Of a stretch of 64,000 nt of DNA, positions 49,517 through 60,521 are shown piece by piece. The position numbers and the translations under genes are program-made. Within the stretch, counting starts at the first letter, position 1, and each line of letters begins with the position of its first letter. The DNA is from a virus (lineage: Duplodnaviria; Caudoviricetes). The stretch is from positions 128,001-192,000 of the IMG/VR virus record IMGVR_UViG_3300037067_013225; one strand, 5' to 3'. Below the pieces are notes generated by a model. It was not told the DNA's origin. It ran no database searches and saw nothing but the letters and a program-made list of their open reading frames with translations.

Positions 49517-49836
49517 TAAATGATGATGTATTAAATCGCGATAATTTTGCGTGCTGTTATTGCGGGAGATCTTCGCGTGAAGTTCACCACATCGTGTATA
49601 AATCGCATTGCAGCAAAACAGATCCGCTAAGGGAGGCGCTAAGAAATAAAATAACAGTATGTAGTAAACATCATAATCAGTTACATCGGGGAATGCTAAT
49701 TGTAGTATATTTTAGAGCCGAAGCGGCACGCCCACGCATCATTTTGCGCCAGCAGCTACCACGTTATATAGACAGGCTAGATTCCTACGTGCAAAACGGG
49801 AAAACCACTTGCATAACGGACGAACCTGTGGTATAA
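49495..49836 (+). CDS. HNH endonuclease
   Basis: RDNFACCYCG..EVHHI..N.ITVCSKHH. Confidence 0.75.
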   Translation: MDGDRFLINDDVLNRDNFACCYCGRSSREVHHIVYKSHCSKTDPLREALRNKITVCSKHHNQLHRGMLIVVYFRAEAARPRIILRQQLPRYIDRLDSYVQNGKTTCITDEPVV

Positions 49837-49837
49837 T
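49809..49837 (+). promoter_or_regulatory. sigma70-type promoter
   Basis: TTGCAT-17-TATAAT with extended TG. Confidence 0.75.
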
Positions 49838-49876
49838 GAGGACGTATTCAAATATAGTCCAACTTAGGAGTTAGAA

Positions 49877-50347
49877 ATGTCCGATAACAGCTATAGTCGC
49901 TTTCGCCATGTGAACCCTCACGAACTCAAGCGAGTAACCAAGAGAGCCTTTGCTCAATACTGTTCCAATAATGGATGGTCGTTTGATCGGGTCGGGCTAC
50001 ATGAAGCGCGAGTGAATTCCAATAAACTGTCTGAATTTGAGCGTCACACACCGTCATTTATCGTTGATAGAGATTTCGACGATCCAGAAACGGATTTGAT
50101 TTGGGTGGAAGTTAAAGCCTGCAATGCATCGGGACAGATTCGCATTCCCGTATCTGAATGGGAATCTCATTCTCAATTAGATCGCATGCGGGAAGTCCAT
50201 TATGCGCTATTAAAGCCGCAAACCAAAAATCTCGGTGATCTCGTAGACAACCTGGATTATGCCATCAAGACAGTCGCTCTAAAAGATCTGCGCGATAAAA
50301 TGACTGCGGATGAAAACTCATATACGTTTGGATATGATGACGTTTAG
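49877..50347 (+). CDS. possible PD-(D/E)XK-fold protein
   Basis: TPSFIV..WVEVKA; AGGAG RBS; own promoter and terminator. Confidence 0.45.
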   Translation: MSDNSYSRFRHVNPHELKRVTKRAFAQYCSNNGWSFDRVGLHEARVNSNKLSEFERHTPSFIVDRDFDDPETDLIWVEVKACNASGQIRIPVSEWESHSQLDRMREVHYALLKPQTKNLGDLVDNLDYAIKTVALKDLRDKMTADENSYTFGYDDV

Positions 50348-50361
50348 ATATCGTTAATTAA

Positions 50362-50391
50362 TCCGGTGGGGGATAACCCCACCGGAAATTT
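50362..50391 (+). terminator. strong hairpin, probable terminator
   Basis: TCCGGTGGGG-GATAA-CCCCACCGGA, 10-bp stem. Confidence 0.7.
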
Positions 50392-51597
50392 GAGGATGTT
50401 GATGATTGTAACTATACCGATTCTTCTAAATAATGATGTTGTACAGGCTCTTTCCAGTACGTTGCGTGATTCGTGTATTACACAGCTAAAAGAAAACGCA
50501 GAATGGAAGGTATTTTATCCGGCAAAATTAAAACCGGCAGATTATTCGTTTGTCGATTTCAAAACGGAAATTTGTTCCGAAGATAATACGAAACAAATAG
50601 CGTTAATTAGGTATATGCTGGATACCCTGCCCTTGGCTCTAAAAAATAGACCAGATATCATTGTGGGGGAATAAAATGACGTTAAGGAATTTTTTTAATA
50701 AAGAATTGGAGAGGATGTATGGCGATGGTTCGGGTAAAATTAAGCTAAAGTCAGGGGATTTATATTTTCGCGTTACACGGAATCATCGTGCGACACAGAT
50801 TGGTCCACTTGAATGGCAGTACGAAGATCTTGGTTGGAACGTTTTTTCTTTTGACGGATATCCCGATCTAAAACCGCACTTTCGTAGAGCGGAATCATAT
50901 ATTACGGAGTCTTTAAATGAACGATTTCACATGAATCTTAATTTACATATAGAGGATTTATAGGAAGTGACAATGAAGGTTAAAATGACATTGGAATGCA
51001 CATTCGATATTGACGAGCGTTATTGGTGTGACGATATGGATGAGGAGGAATGGAATGCGTATAATAGTGGCGAGTTTGCAATGCCTCCAGAAGTATCAAA
51101 GGCACTCGAAGAGAGAATTAAAAATCTATCTTTAGATGCAGGTTGTATTGATATAGATGGTTGCGGCAATACAATAGCTATTCCGACAAATGCGAAATTC
51201 GAGGTTATTGCACCAAAATTAAAGAGTAAGAAATGAAAGAATTTATTATTGTTGTTATGAATAATGGAACCTCCTGTACAACGATGGATTCGGGGGCATA
51301 TTTTGATCCGAATTGGGAAGGTCCAAGTACAGATTGGATATCTTATATACATAGTCGGATGAAGGCGCATGATGACGATACGATACGTGCGGTAACAATC
51401 TGTCTGGCGAAAGAGATGGCGGAAAAATCTAATGGTTGTGTTGATGGTTCGTATTTGATAGAAATACACGATGACAATACGATACATTGTGTTGCAAAGG
51501 TCCAGCCAACCGTAAAGCTTATGTTAACGCAAACGAATATGGATGGCGAGATATTATCTGTTACAGAACCCAATACTGTTAAATCGGGAGATGCTTA

Positions 51598-52248
51598 GTG
51601 GAGAAGGTTGTTTGTATTGCTAATGGATTGATCCCAGATGGTATATATTTAGCCGGACATGCTGATTTTGATGCAATTTTAAGTAAAATTGGTAGAGCCA
51701 GATTCCTAGCATTACGTGACAAAGCTGACAAAACAGAATTCGCTCTAGAAAATAATACCAGCATTCGACAATTGATCACGTATATCGTGGTTCAGGACGG
51801 CAGAAATCTGTTTATCTATCGTAGGACATCCGGTACGGGAGAAAAACGTCTAGCGGGCTTGTATGCGCTTCCTGGAGGCCATATGAACGCCATGAGTAGT
51901 GATTTTTTATCCGATATTTCCTATGATGCTACACGCGAATTAAGAGAGGAATTGGATATTAGACAATTAGATCCGGTATTTCATGAAGATGGCACATTGC
52001 TTCCGTTTAAGATTTTGGGAATATTACAGCAATCATGTGTCGTCGATGCTAATCTGGTTAATCTGGTACATACTGGAATTATTGTGAAATACAATATTAC
52101 GGATCGTTTTAATGTCAGCGTTAGAGAATCGGGAAAGATGTGTGATTTAACACAGGTCAACGAGTATAATTATTCCGATTATTTCAAGGAGAGTGAATCT
52201 TGGTTGCAAAATCTGCTACCACTGTTTCCCCAGCTAATAACGATGTAG
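51598..52248 (+). CDS. NUDIX hydrolase
   Basis: RQLITY, GEKRL, PGGHMN..ATRELREELDI, VHTG. Confidence 0.75.
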   Translation: MEKVVCIANGLIPDGIYLAGHADFDAILSKIGRARFLALRDKADKTEFALENNTSIRQLITYIVVQDGRNLFIYRRTSGTGEKRLAGLYALPGGHMNAMSSDFLSDISYDATRELREELDIRQLDPVFHEDGTLLPFKILGILQQSCVVDANLVNLVHTGIIVKYNITDRFNVSVRESGKMCDLTQVNEYNYSDYFKESESWLQNLLPLFPQLITM

Positions 52249-53501
52249 TGCTGGAAAAGGTATATGTTACTCGAACTGCCACACACAGTTCTAGCAGGAT
52301 GGTTATTTGGGAATTATCCGATGGAACATTTGTGCGACTATATTTTAACACTAATGGCGAAGTGCATTGTTCTAGAAAAGAAAATATGTCATTTATGGAT
52401 AAATTTATTAGAGAGCACGATTCATATGTGGTTTATCAGAAAAATGGTAAGATAGACGTACCGACACCGGATTGGTATGATTCAGATATCCCGCTAAACG
52501 AATCGCCACCGCAAATATTAGAGCAGGGGGAGGTTCCACAAATCCGTGGAAAACGTGGTAGGCCGAAAACAAATAAAAGGCCCACCAAAGCGGTACTCGA
52601 AAGTTGTTCACAGCATCCCACATATCATGGATTGAGAAAACCTCACATTCCCTGTGAAGAATGTTTGGCCCTGTATGATAAAAAACAAGGAGAAAAACAT
52701 GGCAAATAACGTAACGACACCGGTGCAACCGGCCAAAATCGATCCCGAATTAATCAAGACTCTAGTGTCTAAGATGAACGGTACGGTTGAGATTGCAAAC
52801 GGGCAAGTCAAAATCAATTGTTCCGTCCCGTTGGATGAAATTCTTAAACTAGTGCTCAAGTAACCCAGGCTCTATTAGACTCCAATAGAAAGCACATCAT
52901 TAAGGACACTAGCAGCAATGAACATGATCATCGATGAATCAACGTTAGATAAATTTCTAGCGGATTTAGCACCGAAATTGCCGTTTACGATATCGGATTC
53001 GTGGATTGAGGCAAATTCATACATTGGGATTAGTCTGCATTTCGATGGTAAAAAGGTTAAGTTAAAAATTATACCACAAGTGCTTGACGGTAAATTAGCT
53101 TTTCGTATAGATAAGGCTTTTTTGGTCGGAATCAATATTAATGTTGCACCATTATTATCTAAATTGGAGAATTATATAAATGCCAACATTCCTCAGCCTC
53201 TACAAAATCTTATAAAAATGGACAACCATACTCTTGTTGTGAATATACCGACTAAGTTTGCGGGTGTAACGGCTAAAGCGGAAATCTTTATCGGATTTTA
53301 AAATGCGTGGAAATATCAGCGACAAGAATTTGTTGAAACGTGAACGCAGAATGTTCCGTAGAATAAATCGTTATGGGAATCCGCATCGATATGGATTGCT
53401 GATGCACATAGCCACAGAATACTGGATATATGAGGTTACTGAGAGATATCGAACCACAATGCGTTTGCGCCCTAAATTCAAACGTAGCACAAATAAATTA
53501 A

Positions 53502-53978
53502 TTGAGGAGTTTTTATATGACTAGTCCCCAGATAAAGAATTTTCTAATGAAATTAGAAGCTATGCTTACTCGTTTAACTAAATGTTCATTAGCAGATTGG
53601 TCTGAGGAGTATAATCGGTTAGAAAAGCAACTTGATAAGGTACAACGAAAAGACTTTGAGATAAGGAAAAAAGATCCAGATTGGTACGAATGGTTGTATA
53701 CGATGCGTTGGCGCTATTTGAATTTGGGCAATATCCCACCGGATGAAATTTTGGCAAGATTAAATAAGGCTATAAAGTATATCCATCGTTTGTGGGAGAA
53801 GAAATCATATACACCGGAAGAAATCGTCTGTGAACAATGCGTAGGTGCGGGTAAATGTGTTCAGCGAGTAAATATCGGGTGCGATCCTTATCCGGATTAT
53901 GAAGATCGATACTGTACATGTAGAAAATGTGATGGACAGGGTAAGCGCATTAAATCTGGATTCGAATTGGAGGATTGA
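53502..53978 (+). CDS. protein with DnaJ-type CxxCxGxG zinc finger
   Basis: CEQCVGAG..CRKCDGQG. Confidence 0.6.
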   Translation: MRSFYMTSPQIKNFLMKLEAMLTRLTKCSLADWSEEYNRLEKQLDKVQRKDFEIRKKDPDWYEWLYTMRWRYLNLGNIPPDEILARLNKAIKYIHRLWEKKSYTPEEIVCEQCVGAGKCVQRVNIGCDPYPDYEDRYCTCRKCDGQGKRIKSGFELED

Positions 53979-54241
53979 TTTGTATAAGAAAAGGTATGAT
54001 GTTGTACAAGTAATGAAAAATTTGTATACTGGCGATTTTACATATATGATAAAATGTACCAGTTTTGATGATAATACTGAAAATCATCTAAATACTACTA
54101 TGTATTGGGATGAAAAGTTCTTGGGCGAGAATTATCCTTATTGGTTTGAAAAATCTGCCGATGCTAAGAAATTCGCCACATTAGAGAAGGCACTATGTAC
54201 TCTAGATTATTTACTGGAGCACAAACCAGTTCCAGATACAA

Positions 54242-55195
54242 TTGTTTATACAAAGGTGGTCGATGGATAATTTTCATGGCCCTTGGCTAAATTTTGAAGT
54301 TCCAAACGAGCAGATATCTTTAGATTCCATTGATAGAGCCGATGCGGCATCATATGGGAAGGAACTCCTCATATATCGGTTGCGAGAACATGGTGATTAT
54401 TACGGATATTTGCCCGAAATAGATAAAAATCGGTTCACATCCAACGAACTAACAACAATCGCTAACAATCCGAACAACATCAGTAATCCAGATACGTATA
54501 TGAAAATCGGATCACCAGCCAAGAATGCTCTATTATTTCGCGGCCTACAGACACACAATCTTGACAATCTGCGTCCCGATGAACTACCCACGATACGATT
54601 TAGTTTGGAACGGTTCAAAGGGAACAACAGCATTATGAGCTTGGTGCAGGATAGTAGCAATAATCTGCAAATGGCCTATTGGATGATGAAAACCAAGCTA
54701 TTCGATACGGCAGACAAAAAGGTATCGCAATCCTTCAATGCCCTATTTCAGCAGGAAAATGCGCTAACTAGATCATTGATGGACGATGATATCGAACCGG
54801 TAGATACTTACGATTTAGAATATCTGGATAAGTTGCGCAAAACTAAAATGTTGCGATCCGAAACCGATTTTGCAAATTATATCGCAAAAGATAAACTGGG
54901 ATTTATTTCGGGTGGATTGGGTGGTATATCTAAGCCATCGGTAACGAATATGTTATCTGTTAGAGCCTTTGCTACAGATAATCGCAGACAATTTTCACAT
55001 ACCAATCCGGCAGATTATATTCGCGATATCGGAACAAAGGATTATATTAATTATCGTTTTGAAGTCGTTACGATAAATCATGATGATTACTTAGAAGTGC
55101 AGTGGAGTTTCCCGCAATCAGACCGCTTGGCTCTAACAAATGCAGGTGAATCATGGACGCAAGCGGATCTAATCAAACTATATGCTAAGGTATAA
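54242..55195 (+). CDS. hypothetical protein
   Basis: 317-aa ORF, no motif recognised. Confidence 0.55.
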   Translation: MFIQRWSMDNFHGPWLNFEVPNEQISLDSIDRADAASYGKELLIYRLREHGDYYGYLPEIDKNRFTSNELTTIANNPNNISNPDTYMKIGSPAKNALLFRGLQTHNLDNLRPDELPTIRFSLERFKGNNSIMSLVQDSSNNLQMAYWMMKTKLFDTADKKVSQSFNALFQQENALTRSLMDDDIEPVDTYDLEYLDKLRKTKMLRSETDFANYIAKDKLGFISGGLGGISKPSVTNMLSVRAFATDNRRQFSHTNPADYIRDIGTKDYINYRFEVVTINHDDYLEVQWSFPQSDRLALTNAGESWTQADLIKLYAKV

Positions 55196-55822
55196 GGAAT
55201 ACAAATGGAAATCGTACAAGATAATCGTCGTCAACAAACACTAGAAAAAATTAAAACGATTCTGGATGAGCAGGGTTTCCCAGAAGCTATTATTTGCCTT
55301 AAAGATAATGAGGGATCATCATTAACGCCCATGACGGAAGATATAGGTTACGTTTTGCATACCGCAACGACTATATTGCATCAGATATGTGGTATTGATG
55401 AGGAGAAAATTATAAACTTCTATAGGGGCGTGGGCATTTTGATTGATAATGCGGAAGAAGCACATGATGCAGAAGTTTAGAATCATTGCGATATGGTTTA
55501 TACCGCTTATTGCAGGATTGATATTATTTCTATTGCATATAGATGTATGGTTTTATGCGACTGTACCTATGGCATTTCTTGTATACGGGTGGATTTGCTC
55601 GGATGCAGGGGATTTCGCCGGATTTAAATCGGGATATCAATGCGGATTGGAAGAGGGCTGGGCAGACGCATCTAAGCGTTGGAGTGCAGTTATCAAACCG
55701 CTTATTGGGGATGTCTCCGAATATAGAGACGAATATAACAAGATCGTAGAAAAGATGGGAGAGCCGGAAGATAAAATAGCTGATACTGGCTCTCAAGGCT
55801 CTAATAAATCAAAGGAATAACG

Positions 55823-56389
55823 ATGGGTTTAAAAATAGAAGCACCCGAATATAAAATCGGTATGGGTGGAATCGATATCATCCTTAATGAAACGCGCTGG
55901 AAAGAAGGTATTTGTCACCTTACGTTTGGACAACGTAGTGGGCGGACATATATTCCTGCAACGTTGATTAATCCCGTTACACTGACTATGCCGGAAACAA
56001 TGATGCGCGCTATGGAGGAATCCGCTCGTAAAGATGGAATCGTTTTAAATCAGGATTTTAGCGGAGAGATGGAAAAGGCATTGGGAGATCACGGAGAAAA
56101 GGAATATTCATTACCGGCTGGTCTCACGATGTATATATTTGGACTCATTTGTAATTGGGAAAAGCGCGATGATTATTTCGGACATTTGGGCGATCCTATC
56201 GCGATGTGTATTCCAGAGGGAACCGAATTGACATCTGCGCCATTTCATGCGCGAGATTTACATATCGATTGGTTGGGGGTTAACGGACTTAACAAAACAC
56301 TAACAGACATTACTGCCGATGTGTTGATTCAGCGCTTAGTCATGGAAAAGGTGCGAGGATCGTCACCTCGGTCTATCATTACGTACTGA
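55823..56389 (+). CDS. hypothetical protein
   Basis: 188 aa, AAGGA RBS. Confidence 0.55.
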   Translation: MGLKIEAPEYKIGMGGIDIILNETRWKEGICHLTFGQRSGRTYIPATLINPVTLTMPETMMRAMEESARKDGIVLNQDFSGEMEKALGDHGEKEYSLPAGLTMYIFGLICNWEKRDDYFGHLGDPIAMCIPEGTELTSAPFHARDLHIDWLGVNGLNKTLTDITADVLIQRLVMEKVRGSSPRSIITY

Positions 56390-56390
56390 T

Positions 56391-56828
56391 ATGGAACGTA
56401 CCAATATGGATCGATATAAATTATCAGATTTGGTATATTTTGCGGATGGAACTCCATTTAATACGGAAAATTATCAGTCTAGATATATAACGTCCGTGGA
56501 GGAATGGAAAAAGATCGTCCTTATGTATCCGCCGTTAGGATATCCGCATGGAACAATTTTGCACATAATAATAAATCAGATAGACGGATATCCGATACGA
56601 TACGTAACATACAATGGACGAACAGGAACATACAATCCGTCACCAGCAGTAAGAGGAATTGATCCTGGCACATCGGAAATGAAAATCGGTTATTCAGATA
56701 GAGGCACATTATATGATGTTACTTTGCGTTTAGGTGGCACTCTAGATAACATTATCGTTTACGAAATCATCCCCTCTTATAATGCCATTATGTATCCAGC
56801 ACCAACACTAACGGAAATTGATTTCTAA
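56391..56828 (+). CDS. hypothetical protein, IDF-tagged
   Basis: 145 aa ending TLTEIDF. Confidence 0.7.
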   Translation: MERTNMDRYKLSDLVYFADGTPFNTENYQSRYITSVEEWKKIVLMYPPLGYPHGTILHIIINQIDGYPIRYVTYNGRTGTYNPSPAVRGIDPGTSEMKIGYSDRGTLYDVTLRLGGTLDNIIVYEIIPSYNAIMYPAPTLTEIDF

Positions 56829-57148
56829 TGCAGCAAGGTGACGAAAAGATATTCCTCATCAACGAGAAAACATATATTACTCGATATGATTATATGGATA
56901 AAACTAATCCCAATTGTATGTGGAATAAATATGTGATTTTATCCGAGCCTTATTACTCATGGCGCAAAAAATATATATTCTCATATGTGGAAGAACAGTA
57001 TGAGAATCCGTCTAATGTTCGCGTTACTGTACATTTACATTATAATATTGTTATAGCTGAGCGAACGATTGATGAAACTATTGGTTTATTGGAACATTTT
57101 TATAAAGATTTTGGTAGAGCCGAAGACATGGTTATGATCGATTTTTAG
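56828..57148 (+). CDS. hypothetical protein, IDF-tagged
   Basis: 106 aa ending DMVMIDF. Confidence 0.7.
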   Translation: MQQGDEKIFLINEKTYITRYDYMDKTNPNCMWNKYVILSEPYYSWRKKYIFSYVEEQYENPSNVRVTVHLHYNIVIAERTIDETIGLLEHFYKDFGRAEDMVMIDF

Positions 57149-57494
57149 CTTTTATTCCCAAATATGTTGAGACTGGTTGGTTCCCGCGTTCATTATTACA
57201 TGGCCCACAAGCTATCGTTAGGTTGGATAGAACTGTTGGCCCACCTTTAGATTTCGGCCTAATATGTTCTAACGTCATTTCCTCAACCTGTAATATTCTG
57301 CCACAATATGTGCATCTATCTCCTCGTCGCAATCTCAACCACGCAATCAAATAATCATGACGTTCCTTTTTAGATAATGTGGTATTTAGGCCCGCCATAT
57401 CGTATTTTTGTTTTGGGGATTTACGTTTCTTCTTCTGGTGTATTTTAAGAAATCGTGTCAGATTTAATCCCGCAATACGATATTTTGTGCTCAT
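57132..57494 (-). CDS. HNH endonuclease
   Basis: CTYCG..TLEHIRPKSKGG..NLTIACGPCNNERG. Confidence 0.85.
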   Translation of the reverse strand: MSTKYRIAGLNLTRFLKIHQKKKRKSPKQKYDMAGLNTTLSKKERHDYLIAWLRLRRGDRCTYCGRILQVEEMTLEHIRPKSKGGPTVLSNLTIACGPCNNERGNQPVSTYLGIKAKNRS

Positions 57495-58381
57495 TTAATC
57501 TGCTCCAGTATTTCATAAGCTTTAGGTAAAACTCGCCGTTTGTTAGTGATTTGCATATATCCGCATTTGATTAGGTATCCCTCCTGATATCTAATCGTTT
57601 CAGGCGTTTCGTTAAGCATACCGCATAAAGCCGTCAAAGATAACGCATCATGCTCAACCAACAGGCGTAATATTTTGATATCCAATAAATCGATACCACC
57701 AGAATACAGATCGAGCGATTCGCAAACAGCATTGGCTCTATCCAAATCTACGCAGGGGATATTTCTAGCTATTTGATGCCGATGACATGCATTTAATGTT
57801 CTTATAATAGTTCTAGGAATACCTTTAGATCTGTTTACGATTTCTAGTAGAGCCTGGGGCGTTATATTTAGGTTTAATTTCCCCACATAGGTTTGTGCTA
57901 TTTCGTCCAGTTCATCCAGCGAATATTCCGTCATTTGGATACAATCCATCCTAGACAACAGGGGTTGCGGAATTACCGATTTGTTGTTCGATGCGATAAT
58001 CACGGAAAACTGCTTTTTATTGGGCAGATAATATTCCGTACCGTCATATAAAAAACGATCTTCCTCTAGTGCTGGGCGTAGAAAAGCATCGAGTGGTTTG
58101 TTGGGATGATTCCACTCTTCTAAGAAAATGATCAGGGGTTTGGCTCCCATGTGGGATGCCAAACATGCCAATATCTGTGCGGGTCGCGCATCTAATGCAT
58201 TAATAGTAACGATATCAGCACCGATTTCTTCAGCTACGGCGTGTGCGAACGTTGTTTTGCCGGTTCCGCCGACACCGCTTGCGAATAGCAAATGCGGGAG
58301 CCTTCCGGCATGCTGCGCATACAGGATGGATTCCGTTAATAGCGCTTTGGCTTTGGACTGGCCCACGAGTCCTGTGAACAT
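57491..58381 (-). CDS. ruvB: RuvB-like Holliday junction branch-migration ATPase (start revised to ATG 58381)
   Basis: LVGQ, LPHLLF, GGTGKTT, LRPALEE, PLLSR, YSLDEL, RSKGIPR, GIDLLD, EGYLIK. Confidence 0.75.
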   Translation of the reverse strand: MFTGLVGQSKAKALLTESILYAQHAGRLPHLLFASGVGGTGKTTFAHAVAEEIGADIVTINALDARPAQILACLASHMGAKPLIIFLEEWNHPNKPLDAFLRPALEEDRFLYDGTEYYLPNKKQFSVIIASNNKSVIPQPLLSRMDCIQMTEYSLDELDEIAQTYVGKLNLNITPQALLEIVNRSKGIPRTIIRTLNACHRHQIARNIPCVDLDRANAVCESLDLYSGGIDLLDIKILRLLVEHDALSLTALCGMLNETPETIRYQEGYLIKCGYMQITNKRRVLPKAYEILEQIK

Positions 58382-58387
58382 ACTCGT

Positions 58388-58416
58388 ATTGTACCACGGA
58401 CACCCACGCAAGTCAA
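58388..58416 (-). promoter_or_regulatory. sigma70-type promoter giving leaderless ruvB mRNA
   Basis: TTGACT-17-TACAAT, ATG 6 nt downstream. Confidence 0.75.
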
Positions 58417-58453
58417 GCACCCAATCCGGGTAAGATGGGTTGTGGAGAAATAA

Positions 58454-58816
58454 ATGACTACAACTGAAACTAGTTTTTTGACAAAAAATATTTCATTTGG
58501 TGTTGACGATATCGCTGCCAGAAATCGATTTCGACTGATTCATGTGGCTTCGGAAGGGGGAGATACCGCTTGTACGGCATCTATTGTGGGAAAACTTGGT
58601 GTTGCAATGCTGCAACAGATATCTTGTTATTCTACGGAAAGCACCGCAACGTTATCTATAACTTATGGAACTACGGTTGTGTGGAAGCAATTAGTAGGGA
58701 ATACTTTTCGTTGTATCGATATCAAGATTCCCAACACGCAGGGAGAAGATGTTACGATATCATTAAGCGCATCAGGTGCGGGTAGTTATTTGGATGTTAC
58801 GTGGGTTTTGGTTTAG
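58454..58816 (+). CDS. hypothetical protein
   Basis: 120 aa, GGAG RBS. Confidence 0.5.
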   Translation: MTTTETSFLTKNISFGVDDIAARNRFRLIHVASEGGDTACTASIVGKLGVAMLQQISCYSTESTATLSITYGTTVVWKQLVGNTFRCIDIKIPNTQGEDVTISLSASGAGSYLDVTWVLV

Positions 58817-59118
58817 AAATCTATCATTTCATATTCGAATTCGAATAAATTTATGATGAAGTTCATGTAAGTATAATGGTTTTCATTGTCCCATACATAA
58901 TCAACACAATAATACGTGTTATTCTCGAATGTAATATACATAGGTACAACATCACCTTCGGTTAGCATCCATCCATCTTGTATATAGATTGCTACACTGA
59001 ATATCTGATTGTATATATCCAGTGGTAATAATCCGAACGATAGATATCGGCATTCGTGCAAATCAGTCGGAACAGGAAGCGGATGTACCAGTATATCTTT
59101 TTTAAGCTTATACATCAA
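58813..59118 (-). CDS. hypothetical protein, IDF-tagged
   Basis: 101 aa ending EYEMIDF. Confidence 0.7.
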   Translation of the reverse strand: MMYKLKKDILVHPLPVPTDLHECRYLSFGLLPLDIYNQIFSVAIYIQDGWMLTEGDVVPMYITFENNTYYCVDYVWDNENHYTYMNFIINLFEFEYEMIDF

Positions 59119-59513
59119 AAATCAATTTCCTGTAATGAATCCGCTTCAGGCTCTACCAAATCTCGCAGTAAGCACATGGTTTCTCCAGTCATTACATTTG
59201 AGGCAGTTTTCATATCATCGGAAAACCACTTTGTGTTGCGACGGCATTGATACCATGGTTTCTTTTCTGGATGATATTCTCTAACATCAATCCAATCATC
59301 GGGATTTCCATCCAGGGGTAGGATATTTTCGAAATTGGCTAACTTGGTGAATAAAGCTATCACAGCATCAGCGCTACCCCCCGAATGTTCCTGAGATGCG
59401 AATAATTCCATCAAATGCATTACACTGAGACGAATCAGACCGTCGTAATCTTCGTCGCCAGTCCCGGCATATAACAGGTCAAGCTCTCGCTGTGCGTGCT
59501 CTATTAAACTCAT
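59115..59513 (-). CDS. hypothetical phage protein, IDF-tagged
   Basis: 132 aa, MSLIEHAQREL..QEHSGGSA; ends SLQEIDF. Confidence 0.75.
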   Translation of the reverse strand: MSLIEHAQRELDLLYAGTGDEDYDGLIRLSVMHLMELFASQEHSGGSADAVIALFTKLANFENILPLDGNPDDWIDVREYHPEKKPWYQCRRNTKWFSDDMKTASNVMTGETMCLLRDLVEPEADSLQEIDF

Positions 59514-59518
59514 GCCGA

Positions 59519-59547
59519 ATTATACCGTAATCCAAGCCAAAAGTCAA
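59519..59547 (-). promoter_or_regulatory. sigma70-type promoter giving leaderless mRNA
   Basis: TTGACT-17-TATAAT, ATG 5 nt downstream. Confidence 0.8.
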
Positions 59548-59549
59548 GC

Positions 59550-59578
59550 TTGACAAACCGGGATTCCGCTGGTATAAT
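59550..59578 (+). promoter_or_regulatory. consensus sigma70 promoter
   Basis: TTGACA-17-TATAAT with extended TG. Confidence 0.85.
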
Positions 59579-59810
59579 AGTGGTACCTAGGGTCTATTCC
59601 GGGTATATTGTGATAGTTGATGTTTTGGAGAACAAATGACGCAAACGATATTCGTTGGTAACAAGGGCGACAGTGTGCGCTTTCAGCAATATTGGCCTTG
59701 TATCGTGAGAGATATTTCTCCCGGTAAAGATCGGCTTGAGATTGAATTCGTAGTTGGGAAACATACATATGTATGGGAAGTTCCCGCCACCGTAGTAGAT
59801 CGCAATCCAT

Positions 59811-60431
59811 TTGCCGGGAGTAAAAATGCGTAATGCGCTAGAAATATCGGAACCGTTAATGCGTTTTGATTCCAGTTCCGGCGCAGCATGGATATATGAT
59901 GATATTACAACACATACAGTATTGGAAGTTAGTCGATTTCTGCGCGAAACATATGAAGCGCCAGTATTACAAATAGATATAAATAATAATCACGAACGGC
60001 GCGACATCATCCTGGAGATTATGTCCGGTGGTGGATGTGTCAAGAGTGCTCTATCAATTTACGATATGTTACGACGCACTTCCGAAGCGTTTAAACGTAA
60101 TGTTGCAAAACCACATATCATTACGGTGGGAGTGGGATTAATTGCATCTAGCGCCACTTTAATATTCGCTGCCGGTGATCAACGTCTAGCATACAAACAT
60201 ACAACATTTTTATTCCATCAACCAGAAATATTGGGATTATTTGGCGTTTCTGAACGCATCGCCCGTGAGGGCGAATATTTGCAAACGATAGAAACACAAA
60301 TGACTGCGATTTATAATTCCGTTATTAAAAAGAAAGGTATTGATATTGCGAAAAAGATTAAGGCAAAATCGGATCTTATTATTTCCGCGCAAGAAGCGCT
60401 TGAATGGGGATTGGTTACGGAAATTTTGTAG
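59811..60431 (+). CDS. ClpP-like serine protease (S14); likely start 59826
   Basis: IMSGGGCV..IYD, GLIASSAT (Ser), FHQP (His), SDLIISAQEALEWGLV (Asp). Confidence 0.85.
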   Translation: MPGVKMRNALEISEPLMRFDSSSGAAWIYDDITTHTVLEVSRFLRETYEAPVLQIDINNNHERRDIILEIMSGGGCVKSALSIYDMLRRTSEAFKRNVAKPHIITVGVGLIASSATLIFAAGDQRLAYKHTTFLFHQPEILGLFGVSERIAREGEYLQTIETQMTAIYNSVIKKKGIDIAKKIKAKSDLIISAQEALEWGLVTEIL

Positions 60432-60439
60432 AGCCGCGC

Positions 60440-60468
60440 TTGACAAACCGGGATTCCGCTGGTATACT
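60440..60468 (+). promoter_or_regulatory. sigma70-type promoter of recA
   Basis: TTGACA-17-TATACT; 29 bp identical to the promoter at 59548-59576. Confidence 0.85.
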
Positions 60469-60521
60469 AGGTGTGTCATTGCGTTCGATTGTGGAGAGAT
60501 ATAAAATGATGAGGGATTGAT

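Noticed and set aside
50366-50395. GTG start of ORF 50366
   Set aside because: It lies inside the 10-bp hairpin; a start near 50396-50402 after GAGG is more plausible.
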